From Candidatus Sulfotelmatobacter sp. (GTDB lineage: Bacteria > Acidobacteriota > Terriglobia > Terriglobales > Acidobacteriaceae): DNA of 64,000 bases. The first letter of the stretch is position 1. Each line of letters begins with the position of its first letter. Where the stretch lies: assembly GCA_049512915.1 (NCBI GenBank), contig JBEKWP010000007.1, positions 32,197 through 96,196 of the forward strand, given 5' to 3'. Under the pieces are notes generated by a model, which was given only the letters and a program-made list of their open reading frames with translations, did not search any database and was not told where the DNA came from. Of this stretch, positions 52,850 through 61,637 are shown in pieces. A program made the translations under genes and the position numbers.

Positions 52850-53818
52850 CTACTTTCGTCCGCTCGGTCTCCCGCCGTTACGTGATCCGCCACGGCGGGT
52901 TCCTGCCGCGCGGGCGTGCGGACTGAGCACGCTTTTGATCTGCTGGCGCAGCCAGCGATTTGCAGAATCGTTCTCGACGCTCTCATGCCAGTACATCTGC
53001 GCCTCGAGCTGAGCTGTTTTTACGGGAAACGGATAAATGCGGTTGCCGAGCCCAGCGTTCAGGATCTGCGCGTGTCCCTGGGACAAGGTCAGCAGAAGAT
53101 CGGTATCGCGGACCACTCGGCAGGCGGCGAAATTGTGCTGGCAGCGCAGCGCAATCCTTCGCCTGAAGCCGAGCCGGCTTAGTTCCACGTCGATCAGACT
53201 GGGGCCGTAGCGGCGAGAGGAGACCAGCACATGGGGCTGCGCCAGGTAGGTCTCGAGATCGAGGGCCCGCGAGATTCCCGGATGCCCGGTTCGGGCCATC
53301 ACTACGAACGGTTCCCCGAGCAGTCGTTCTTGATGAATGGGTTCACTGGTCGTCATCGGAACGTCAATGGCGAGATCGAGAGAGCCGCTTGCCAGTTCCG
53401 CTTCCAGATCTCTGCGCTTTACCCGTGATGTGGTAATCGACATCTCTGGCGCCTCGTGCTCCAGACGCTGCAGCAAAGTAGGGAGGATCAGGGTTCCGGC
53501 GTATTCCCAGAGCGAAATGTGGAAATTGCGGCGGGTATGTGTGGGATCGAACTTGTGACTTTCGCGGAGATTTACCTCCAGGATCTGGAGCGCTTGCCGC
53601 ACCTGGTCGATCATGTTGCGGGTAAAAGGCGTGGGAATCATGTGCGCGCCGCGGCGAACGAACAGGGGATCTTTTAAGAGATCACGCAAGCGCTTCAAGG
53701 CGTGGCTGATAGCTGGCTGGGTAAGGTTCAACTGGTGGCCGGCGCGGGTAATGTTGCCCTCTCGGTAGATGGCTTCCAGCACAACGAAAAGGTTGAGATC
53801 GACCTGGCTTAAATGCAC
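52850..53818 (-). CDS. LysR family transcriptional regulator
   Basis: HTH region DLNLFVVLEAIYREGNITRAGHQLNLTQPAISHALKRLR plus a LysR substrate-binding domain. The start is tentatively GTG 53818, since the track start 53911 adds an implausible N-terminal extension. Confidence 0.8.
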   Translation of the reverse strand: MHLSQVDLNLFVVLEAIYREGNITRAGHQLNLTQPAISHALKRLRDLLKDPLFVRRGAHMIPTPFTRNMIDQVRQALQILEVNLRESHKFDPTHTRRNFHISLWEYAGTLILPTLLQRLEHEAPEMSITTSRVKRRDLEAELASGSLDLAIDVPMTTSEPIHQERLLGEPFVVMARTGHPGISRALDLETYLAQPHVLVSSRRYGPSLIDVELSRLGFRRRIALRCQHNFAACRVVRDTDLLLTLSQGHAQILNAGLGNRIYPFPVKTAQLEAQMYWHESVENDSANRWLRQQIKSVLSPHARAAGTRRGGSRNGGRPSGRK

Positions 53819-53844
53819 GAAACATATATTACTCGATTCGTAAG

Positions 53845-53879
53845 ATTCATTTGATGAATTTTGCCGGGCTGTGTAGCTT
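53845..53879 (+). promoter_or_regulatory. LysR-type box ATTCATTTGATGAAT plus promoter TTGATG-N17-TAGCTT in the divergent LysR/acyl-CoA dehydrogenase region
   Basis: The box is 53845-53859 (T-N11-A, inverted repeat ATTCAT/ATGAAT). It lies 27 nt from the LysR start and 47 nt from ATG 53906. Confidence 0.6.
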
Positions 53880-53905
53880 GTTCGGAACGCAGTGTAACTT
53901 CCACT

Positions 53906-55138
53906 ATGCATTTTGCCGCCTCACCTCGCTCCCAGGAATATCTGCACAGGCTTGGCGCTTTCATGCAGGAGCATGTGCTGCCAGCAGAGGCCAAATACTG
54001 CGCTGAAGATCAAAACGTCGCGGACTGGCACACATGGAAACAGCCGCCGATCATGGAAGAACTGAAAGCCAAAGCCCAGGCAGCCGGCCTGTGGAATCTC
54101 TTTCTTCCCGAAAAACAGTACGGCGCGGGGCTGACAAATGTGGAATATGCCCCATTGGCAGAAATGATGGGACGATGTTCGATTGCGCCCGAGGTTTTCA
54201 ACTGCAATCCTCCCGACACCGGGAACATGGAGGTTCTGGTCAAATACGGCACCGAGGAACAGAAAGAATCCTGGCTGAAGCCGCTTCTAGCGGGCGAAAT
54301 TCGGTCTGCGTTTTGCATGACCGAGCCCGCCGTAGCGTCTTCGGACGCAACCAACATGCAGGCGACGGCGGTCATTGAGGGTGGGCAAGTGCTATTGAAC
54401 GGACGCAAGTGGTGGAGTTCAGGCCTCGGGCATCCTCACTGCCGCTTGCTGATCTTCATGGGGCTGACCGATTGCGCAGCGCCGAAATACAGACGGCATT
54501 CGATGGTCCTGGTCCCGCTGTCCACGCCGGGAGTTGAGATCGTGCGCATGCTACCAGTTTTTGGCGCTTACGACGCTCCCTTCGGCCACGGAGAGGTGAG
54601 CTTCCGCAGTGTGCGCCTGCCTGTGGACAACATCATCGCCGGACCGGGACGTGGATTTGAGATTGCGCAAGGTCGCCTCGGGCCCGGTCGCATTCATCAC
54701 TGCATGCGAACCTTGGGAGCAGCGGAACGCGCTCTGGAGTTGCTTTGCCGGCGGTCGTTGTCGCGAGAAGCCTTCGGCAAGCCGCTGGCAGAGTTGGGAG
54801 GAAATGCAGACGTGATCGCGAACGCGCGAATCCTCATCGAGCAGGCGCGCCTGCTCACCCTCAAAGCCGCATGGATGATCGACCAGCTGGGCGCTAAGGG
54901 GGCAAAAAGCGAAATCTCGCAAATCAAGGTGGTCGTGCCCAACATTGCGCTGGCGATTATTGATCAGGCGATCCAAATGCATGGAGCGGCAGGCGTGTCG
55001 GAGGACTTCCCGCTGGCAGAGATGTTCGCTTCCATACGAACCTTGCGCATTGCCGATGGCCCTGACGAAGTGCATCGCGCGCTGATCGCCAGGCTGGAGT
55101 TGAGTAAATATAAAATGAAGAATTCAGAAGCCGCCTGA
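53906..55138 (+). CDS. acyl-CoA dehydrogenase family protein (FadE2/ACAD10-11-like)
   Basis: [50 protein letters not shown] and GPDEVH are present. The start was set to ATG 53906. Confidence 0.85.
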   Translation: MHFAASPRSQEYLHRLGAFMQEHVLPAEAKYCAEDQNVADWHTWKQPPIMEELKAKAQAAGLWNLFLPEKQYGAGLTNVEYAPLAEMMGRCSIAPEVFNCNPPDTGNMEVLVKYGTEEQKESWLKPLLAGEIRSAFCMTEPAVASSDATNMQATAVIEGGQVLLNGRKWWSSGLGHPHCRLLIFMGLTDCAAPKYRRHSMVLVPLSTPGVEIVRMLPVFGAYDAPFGHGEVSFRSVRLPVDNIIAGPGRGFEIAQGRLGPGRIHHCMRTLGAAERALELLCRRSLSREAFGKPLAELGGNADVIANARILIEQARLLTLKAAWMIDQLGAKGAKSEISQIKVVVPNIALAIIDQAIQMHGAAGVSEDFPLAEMFASIRTLRIADGPDEVHRALIARLELSKYKMKNSEAA

Positions 55139-55169
55139 CGAGCAAGCGAAGGGTCGACCTGCTCTGCGA

Positions 55170-56006
55170 TCACTTCCCCTTAAAGACAGGCGCGCGCTTC
55201 TCCAGGAAGTGGGCCACGCCCTCTTTAAAATCTTCGCTGCGCAAACTTGCCACCATTTCCTCGACGGCAAGATCGAAAGACTCGGCCAGGGTCTGAAACA
55301 TGGCACCATAAACCTGGCGCTTAATGACTCGCAAGGAGCGCGGACTGACCCGCGATGCGAGATCGCCAGCATATTCGTTGACCTTGGCGGGAAAGTTCTC
55401 CGCAGCGAAGACTTGATTCACCAGACCCATTCGCAAAGCTTCCGCGGCGTTGATCTGGCGCGCGGAAAATAGCAGGTCGAGAGCGTTGGGAAGCCCGACG
55501 ATACGCGGCAGCATCCAGGCCATGCCATACTCGGCGATGAGCCCGCGCTGCGCGAAGGTGGTCGAGAAGCGGGCAGCGTCGGAAGCCAGGCGCAGATCGC
55601 AATAGAGCGCAATCACCAGACCAAGGCCGACTGCCGGGCCGTTGATGGCGGCCACAATCGGCTTCTCGATTCCGAGGAGATAAGAATACTTCTTTTGAAA
55701 ATCCGACCGCACTCCCTCGCGTTGCAGGGAGGAACTGCCCAACTGCGAGACAGCCTCCCGATCCCCGCTTGGCAGGCCCTGGGCGGCGACGGAACTCAGC
55801 AGCGACATGTCGGCGCCGGCGCAGAAGCCCCGTCCCGCGCCGGTCAACACGATCACACCGACGTTGTCATCGCGCTCGGCCTCTTCGAGGCTGGCGCGCA
55901 CTTCCTTTTCCATCGTGGCCGTCCAGGCATTGAGCTTGTCCGGACGGTTCAAGGTGATGGTTGCGACTCGATTCGCGACTTCGTAGATCGTTTCCTGCGT
56001 TGGCAT
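55170..56006 (-). CDS. enoyl-CoA hydratase/isomerase family protein
   Basis: VATITLNRPDKLNAW and VIVLTGAGRGFCAGADM. The start lies 4 nt after the stop of the upstream TBDT gene. Confidence 0.88.
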   Translation of the reverse strand: MPTQETIYEVANRVATITLNRPDKLNAWTATMEKEVRASLEEAERDDNVGVIVLTGAGRGFCAGADMSLLSSVAAQGLPSGDREAVSQLGSSSLQREGVRSDFQKKYSYLLGIEKPIVAAINGPAVGLGLVIALYCDLRLASDAARFSTTFAQRGLIAEYGMAWMLPRIVGLPNALDLLFSARQINAAEALRMGLVNQVFAAENFPAKVNEYAGDLASRVSPRSLRVIKRQVYGAMFQTLAESFDLAVEEMVASLRSEDFKEGVAHFLEKRAPVFKGK

Positions 56007-56009
56007 GCC

Positions 56010-59000
56010 TCAGAAAGACAAGCGCACGCCAAGTTGGATCTGGCGTTTGGGAAAAGCGGAAGTAAAAGCCAGCGGCGTGCTGGGCGTAGCCGTCCCGCCA
56101 CCTGCGAGGGTAGTGCCCGGTCGAATCCCGTGCACGTTAAACGAGGTATTACCTTCCCCGAACCAGGGTGCGGCTGTGGGGAGGGCAAACAGCGGGCTCA
56201 CCTCGTTATTCACGCTGGCAAAATTCGTCCGGTTCGCGATGTTGAATCCTTCCGCCGTGAACTTCAGGTCAGCTCTCTCACCCAGTCTATGCCGCCAGCT
56301 CAGACGCGCGTCGAAGTCGATGTAGTTGGGGCCCAGACCCGTGTCGCGCGGGGCTCCGATCGGACGCTCATTTGTGGTGTGATTGTCGCCGTTCACCTCT
56401 CCTCCCGCCAGCAAGTTAAAAGGATGCCCGCTGTGGTAGGAGAAAATTGGAGCCAGCTGAAAGCCCGACAGAACACTCCGTTTCGAGGGGCTGTCGATCA
56501 CGCTCGCCACCACCACTTTGTGTCGCTCGTCAAACTCGGAAAGACTGCGATCTAAGTTCAGGTTCGTGGGATCCTGCGGCCCGTAATCCGTGTTGTAATC
56601 CGTGGACGTGTCAATGCCTTTGCTCCAGGTGTAATTCGCGAACACGGAGAAGTGATTGCTAAAGCGTTTCGTGATCTCCGCGATGCCGCCTTCGTAAAGG
56701 GCATACGATTGCGAGCTATATTGGTTGTTTTGCACAATCAGCGGATTCACAAAGCATGGTTGAGTATTGCAGGGCAGGCCCTCAGGGCTACCCGGTATTG
56801 GGTCGGCCGCCGATGCCGTGGTATTCCAGTTGCGATACGAAATCGTCTGGCCGTTGGCCAGGGGTACCGGTGTAAATGGTGCCGGCAGCAGATTGGTGTC
56901 GAGCGCGATCGGGAGGTGCTGAGTGTGCGAATAGATGCCGCTCAGAGAAAATGACAACCCAGGCGCAAGTTCGCGTTCGATGGCGAAGGAAGCCTGCTGG
57001 GCGATGGGGGGACGATAATTCGGCTGGTTCACGAACAGCACTTGCAGTGGAGAAAGTGGACCGCTGTTCGTAACGTCAACACCCGTGAAGCCCGTCCCCA
57101 CGAGAGACGCAGCAGTCGGCGTGATACAGGCACTATTTCCCGGGGCCGGGGTTGTGCACTGGATCAATCCCTGCGCAAAGAGCGCCTGGAAGATGGTAGC
57201 CGACCCCGCTATACCCAACGACGGAATCCCACCGATCGGATCTGCATAAATGGAAATTTCGCGGTTGCAAGGGCTAGCACCGGTCCCGGGTATTATCGGT
57301 GTCCCGAAGTAGGAGACACCGCAGATCGCGCTCACGTTGGCGACCTGGCTGGCGCCCGAAGTGTTCTCGAGCGCAGACTTATTCTGGTTCACCACTCCCA
57401 AGCTCAGGTCGACATCAGGGATCTGCACGTCCACTGGTCCGTAGAAGATTCCGTACCCTCCCCGGATCACGGTCTTGTGATCTTTGAAGGGATCCCACGC
57501 GAAGGAAACCCTGGGCCCAAAATCCTTTTTGTACGTGGTCAGAGGGAGGAATTGCGTGTCCAGGTCGTAGCGTAGGCCGTAGTTTAGAACAAAGCTCGGG
57601 GTTATCTTCCAGGAGTCCTGCCCATAGAACGAGGTCAACGGCCGGTCGTAGTACGGATAGGTCGGATTTCCAAAACCTTGCTGGTAAACCTCAGGCAGCC
57701 CGAACGATGCTGCCTGTAACGGGTTAATGCCCGTGGTCGCCAGATCTGGGCTGATCAGACCTCCGGGGAGCGTCCCGAACACAAAGCGACCGGGGAAAAA
57801 TGTATGCGACTCGGTGTGATTGCCGCGGAGCAGCTCGTAGGCGCCGAATTTAAATGTGTGATTGCCGTGAATCTTCGTGAGATTGTCGGCGAATTCGTAG
57901 CGTCGCAGGATGGTCAGGTTGGGTAGGAAGATGTTAGTTCCCACGTTGTTGATAAAACTAGGAATCTGCAGCCCAACCTCTGCCGGCTCATTGGGAATCA
58001 CGTTAAAGCCGTAGTAGTTCCACTGCACCCGGGCTTCGTTCTGCGTGGTTGGATTGAGTTGGCGGTACCAGCTCGCTTGCAAGGTATTGTCGTAGTCGTG
58101 GATCGAACTTCCCGCGGAAAAGGCCGTAAGCGAATTCACGTCCGGCGATTCCTCCAGATCGTGCCCGTACCGGTAGGTCAGGGAAAGTTCGTTGTTCGCA
58201 TCAATGCGGTGATCTAGCCGGGCCTCCGCCTGATATTCCCGCGTGTCGAAAGGAAAGAGTCCGCCCTCGGTTTCAAACTGGTTGAGCAGAAAACTATTCA
58301 GTGCGGATTGACCCGGCGAGATGAAGGGGTTTGTGCCACCTGGATTTGGATTCAGCGTCAAAACGCTTTGGAGGGCGAGGCCGCATTCAGCTGGCGGCGC
58401 TGGGAAGCCCGGCAAACAAGGCGCCGGTGCCGGTGAAGGGTTCGCCTCCAGCTGGGCAATGATCGCATCCTGCGCTGCCGTCGGGAGGAAGATGTTGGTA
58501 TTCGTCAATAGAGGAACTGCGTTCTGCGCATTCTGTCGCAAGCCTTCAAACGCAACAAAGAGAAATGTCTTGTCTTTCTTGATCGGGAAGCCGAGGGTCC
58601 CGCCGAATTGCTGGCGCGTCAGAGTATCCTTCACCGGTGTACCGAAAGAGGGAGGGTTGGCAGGATTGAAGGTCTCGCCCGGCTGTAATGCCTGGGTGAA
58701 CGAAAACGGATTTTGGGCGTCCATGGCATCGTCACGGAAAAATCCATAGACGCCGCCGTGAACGTTGTTGGTGCCCGATTTGGTCACAATATTGATGGAA
58801 GCGCCGGTGGCACCTCCCAGGTCCGCACCGTAGTTGCTGCGATTGATCTGGAATTCCTGCACATCGTCCTGACTTACCGTCAGTCGAACGCCGCCGCTAT
58901 CGCCCGAGGTCTCGCCACCGTCGACGGTTATGCTGTTTCCCCGGCCATTGCTGCCATAGAACGACAGCCCGCTTTGTGGTGTCTGCTTAACTCTGAAATC

Positions 59001-59603
59001 CTGGTCACCAGCCAGCCGGGTGGAATCGGAGACCCCTGGCGCGAGCAATGTGAACGTAAGGTAATCGCGCCGGTCGATGGGCAGGTCGGCGATGTACTGT
59101 TGCGAGATTTGGTCCGCCTGGCTTGCTCGTTCCGTTTCCACCACCGGCGGCTGGTCGGTCACCTCTATCAGGGTTGATACTTGAGAGGGCCTCATCTTGA
59201 AATCGGAGTTGACGGTCTGCCCGATGGCGACCGTAACACTTCTTCGAATCTCGGTTGCAAACCCCGACATTTGCGCACTAACGTCGTAAGTAGCAGGTGA
59301 GAGCCCTACCACGCGGAACTGCCCGGTGCCATTCGTAATCGCCGTGCGCTTCAGGCCGGTCTGGGTGTCGATTACATTGATCGTCGCATTGGGCAAAACC
59401 CCGCCGGAAGCGTCGGTTACGGTCCCGGTGATCTCTCCCGATGAGCCGACGCCCTGCGCCTGAACCACACTGGTTGCAAACAGGAAGCACAGAAGAACGC
59501 ATGCGGTTGACGTCAGAGTGGAATAGATAAGAAACCGCCTCCACGAAGATGCCCCGCGGCCTGAAGCCGCACGACCATCCGAGCTGCTCTGCGCAAAACC
59601 CAT
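56010..59603 (-). CDS. TonB-dependent outer-membrane receptor with carboxypeptidase-regulatory-like domain
   Basis: A signal peptide is present. The CarboxypepD_reg-like segment is ITGTVTDASGGVLPNATINV. Plug and barrel follow, with C-terminal QLGVRLSF. Confidence 0.9.
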   Translation of the reverse strand: MGFAQSSSDGRAASGRGASSWRRFLIYSTLTSTACVLLCFLFATSVVQAQGVGSSGEITGTVTDASGGVLPNATINVIDTQTGLKRTAITNGTGQFRVVGLSPATYDVSAQMSGFATEIRRSVTVAIGQTVNSDFKMRPSQVSTLIEVTDQPPVVETERASQADQISQQYIADLPIDRRDYLTFTLLAPGVSDSTRLAGDQDFRVKQTPQSGLSFYGSNGRGNSITVDGGETSGDSGGVRLTVSQDDVQEFQINRSNYGADLGGATGASINIVTKSGTNNVHGGVYGFFRDDAMDAQNPFSFTQALQPGETFNPANPPSFGTPVKDTLTRQQFGGTLGFPIKKDKTFLFVAFEGLRQNAQNAVPLLTNTNIFLPTAAQDAIIAQLEANPSPAPAPCLPGFPAPPAECGLALQSVLTLNPNPGGTNPFISPGQSALNSFLLNQFETEGGLFPFDTREYQAEARLDHRIDANNELSLTYRYGHDLEESPDVNSLTAFSAGSSIHDYDNTLQASWYRQLNPTTQNEARVQWNYYGFNVIPNEPAEVGLQIPSFINNVGTNIFLPNLTILRRYEFADNLTKIHGNHTFKFGAYELLRGNHTESHTFFPGRFVFGTLPGGLISPDLATTGINPLQAASFGLPEVYQQGFGNPTYPYYDRPLTSFYGQDSWKITPSFVLNYGLRYDLDTQFLPLTTYKKDFGPRVSFAWDPFKDHKTVIRGGYGIFYGPVDVQIPDVDLSLGVVNQNKSALENTSGASQVANVSAICGVSYFGTPIIPGTGASPCNREISIYADPIGGIPSLGIAGSATIFQALFAQGLIQCTTPAPGNSACITPTAASLVGTGFTGVDVTNSGPLSPLQVLFVNQPNYRPPIAQQASFAIERELAPGLSFSLSGIYSHTQHLPIALDTNLLPAPFTPVPLANGQTISYRNWNTTASAADPIPGSPEGLPCNTQPCFVNPLIVQNNQYSSQSYALYEGGIAEITKRFSNHFSVFANYTWSKGIDTSTDYNTDYGPQDPTNLNLDRSLSEFDERHKVVVASVIDSPSKRSVLSGFQLAPIFSYHSGHPFNLLAGGEVNGDNHTTNERPIGAPRDTGLGPNYIDFDARLSWRHRLGERADLKFTAEGFNIANRTNFASVNNEVSPLFALPTAAPWFGEGNTSFNVHGIRPGTTLAGGGTATPSTPLAFTSAFPKRQIQLGVRLSF

Positions 59604-59681
59604 ATTTCCCCCCTGCTCAGGCTTTGTCTGAATTATGCAATAGGCACACTCATCCCACTTCAGCGCGCCGCATCGGGCACG

Positions 59682-59716
59682 AGCGTAGCTGCGTTTTTCA
59701 GATTCATCAAATGAAT
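59682..59716 (-). promoter_or_regulatory. LysR-type box ATTCATTTGATGAAT plus promoter TTGATG-N17-TACGCT upstream of the TBDT gene
   Basis: The box is 59702-59716 (reverse orientation), the -35 is 59710-59705 and the -10 is 59687-59682. It lies about 100 nt upstream of ATG 59603. Confidence 0.6.
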
Positions 59717-59752
59717 TTTATGGATGACCATGTATGCTCCCAAGGAATTAAG

Positions 59753-60550
59753 CTAGCCTACCGGTTGCGCGGCCAGGAACTCGAAAATGGCTGCTTCCGC
59801 AGCCGCGGGTTGATCGGTCGAGAATAGATGGCTCGCGCGTTCGATCAAAACGAGTCTTGCCGCGGGAATCCGCGCCGCGATCAATTCCCCGTTGCCAAAC
59901 GGGACCAAGCGGTCGCCCTTTCCATGAATTACCAGCGTTGGAGCCGTGATCTGGGGCAGGCGGCTGAAAGACTCCCACGCGAGTATCCCCTGCAGTTGAG
60001 CAAGATAGCCGGCCGGACTGGTGGGCCAGGGGTAACGCTGAGCGATATCTTCGTCGATGAACTGGCGCGGCGTCGCGGAGTCGTAGATAAAAGGGATCGC
60101 GGCCTCGGCTGCTTGTTCCCGGCTCATCCAGGTGCGGGCTTTCAGCATTTCGACCGCGGCTGGCTCGGCGCGCTGCGCCTTCGGTCCTCCGGCTGCGGTG
60201 CAGCCGAGAATAAGAGACTGCACGCGTCCGGGATACTGCAACGCAAATTCCTGAGCGATCATGCCGCCCATCGACACTCCAAAGATGTGGGCGCTGGGAA
60301 CACCGGCGGCGTCGAGCACGGCGGCTGCGTCCGAAGCCATTAGAGCGATCGAATAAGGGCCTGGAGGCACATCGCTCTGTCCGGCTCCTCGATTGTCGAA
60401 TGCAATCGTACGGTAGGAAGCCGACAGTGCCGGCCGAGTGCGATGCCACATGGTGGAGGGGTAACCCAGACCCATGATCAACAAGATCGGCGCGCCTGTT
60501 CCCTGCTCGTCCCAGTAGATTTTTGTTCCTTGGTTGTCGGCAAATGGCAT
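59753..60550 (-). CDS. alpha/beta-fold hydrolase
   Basis: GAAGGGGG lies before ATG 60550. GAPILLIMGLG and the nucleophile elbow HIFGVSMGGMIA are present. Confidence 0.8.
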   Translation of the reverse strand: MPFADNQGTKIYWDEQGTGAPILLIMGLGYPSTMWHRTRPALSASYRTIAFDNRGAGQSDVPPGPYSIALMASDAAAVLDAAGVPSAHIFGVSMGGMIAQEFALQYPGRVQSLILGCTAAGGPKAQRAEPAAVEMLKARTWMSREQAAEAAIPFIYDSATPRQFIDEDIAQRYPWPTSPAGYLAQLQGILAWESFSRLPQITAPTLVIHGKGDRLVPFGNGELIAARIPAARLVLIERASHLFSTDQPAAAEAAIFEFLAAQPVG

Positions 60551-60609
60551 TAAGCCCCCTTCAAAACAAATCGACTGCAACCGCGGTCAGAAGCTACGAG
60601 TGCCCGCGA

Positions 60610-61620
60610 TCAATCCGCCGCAACTTTGAGAATCAGTTTGCCCAAGTTGTCTCCCCTGAACAGCTTCAGAAAAGTCTCCGGAAAGGTTTCGAGCCCATCG
60701 ACGATATCTTCGCGCGACTTGAGTTTTCCGGCAGCCATCCAACCCGCCATCTCCCGAGCAGCCTGGGCATAGCGGTCCGCGTAGTCAAAGACCAGCATGC
60801 CTTTCATGGTCGCGCGATAGACCAATAGCGAGAGATAATTGCGCGGCCCCTGGACAGGACCGGTATTGTTGTATTGCGAGATGGCGCCGCAGATTACGAT
60901 GCGAGCACCGCGCGCCAGGTTCGCGAGAGCGGCCTCGAGTATGTTCCCGCCGACGTTATCGAAATAGATGTTGATCCCCTGCGGACAAGACTTCCGCAGC
61001 GCTTCCGTCACATCCTCTGCTTTGTAATCAATGGCTGCATCAAATCCAAGGTCGTTGACGAGATAACGGCACTTGTCGGCGCCGCCAGCAATGCCGACTG
61101 CGCGGCAACCCTTGATTTTGGCAAGCTGTCCCACCACCGAGCCTACGGCGCCAGCCGCGGCCGAGACGACTACCGTGTCGCCCGATTGAGGCTGGCCCGT
61201 TTCGAGGAAACCGAAATATGCAGTCATCCCTGTCATACCCAACACGTTAAGGAAAGTTGGAAGCGGCGCCACACGCGGGTCAAGCTCGATTAGTCCCTTC
61301 CCCTCGGAGATGAAATATTCCTGAACTCCAAAGGTTCCCGAGACATACTTCCCCACGGCGAACTGAGGGTTCCTCGAGGCGACCACCTGGCCAAGCGCCA
61401 GAGCCCGCATTACTTCGCCGATGCCAACCGGCGGGACGTAGGATCTGCTCTGGTTCATCCAGCCGCGCATGGCCGGGTCAAGTGAAATCAACAACACCTT
61501 GATCAGCAGTTCGTTTTCGCGCAATTCGCGAACCGTCTCTTCCGCATAGCTCCAGTCGGTGCGCTTCGGCATTCCAACGGGACGCGAAGCCAGGGTGAAT
61601 TTGTGATTAATAAACCCCAT
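60610..61620 (-). CDS. NADP-dependent oxidoreductase, medium-chain reductase family (alkenal/enone reductase, YncB/CurA-like)
   Basis: AAGGAAG RBS. LLISLDPAMRGWM and the cofactor motif VVSAAAGAVGSVVGQLAK are present. Confidence 0.8.
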   Translation of the reverse strand: MGFINHKFTLASRPVGMPKRTDWSYAEETVRELRENELLIKVLLISLDPAMRGWMNQSRSYVPPVGIGEVMRALALGQVVASRNPQFAVGKYVSGTFGVQEYFISEGKGLIELDPRVAPLPTFLNVLGMTGMTAYFGFLETGQPQSGDTVVVSAAAGAVGSVVGQLAKIKGCRAVGIAGGADKCRYLVNDLGFDAAIDYKAEDVTEALRKSCPQGINIYFDNVGGNILEAALANLARGARIVICGAISQYNNTGPVQGPRNYLSLLVYRATMKGMLVFDYADRYAQAAREMAGWMAAGKLKSREDIVDGLETFPETFLKLFRGDNLGKLILKVAAD

Positions 61621-61637
61621 GATGTCTTCCTTTCTGG

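Noticed and set aside
52740-53012. 90-codon plus-strand ORF downstream of the orphan LysR-box promoter.
   Set aside because: It has a weak RBS, overlaps the LysR 3' end by about 160 nt and has an Arg/Pro/Cys-rich composition. It is kept only as an alternative hypothesis in the antisense-promoter finding.
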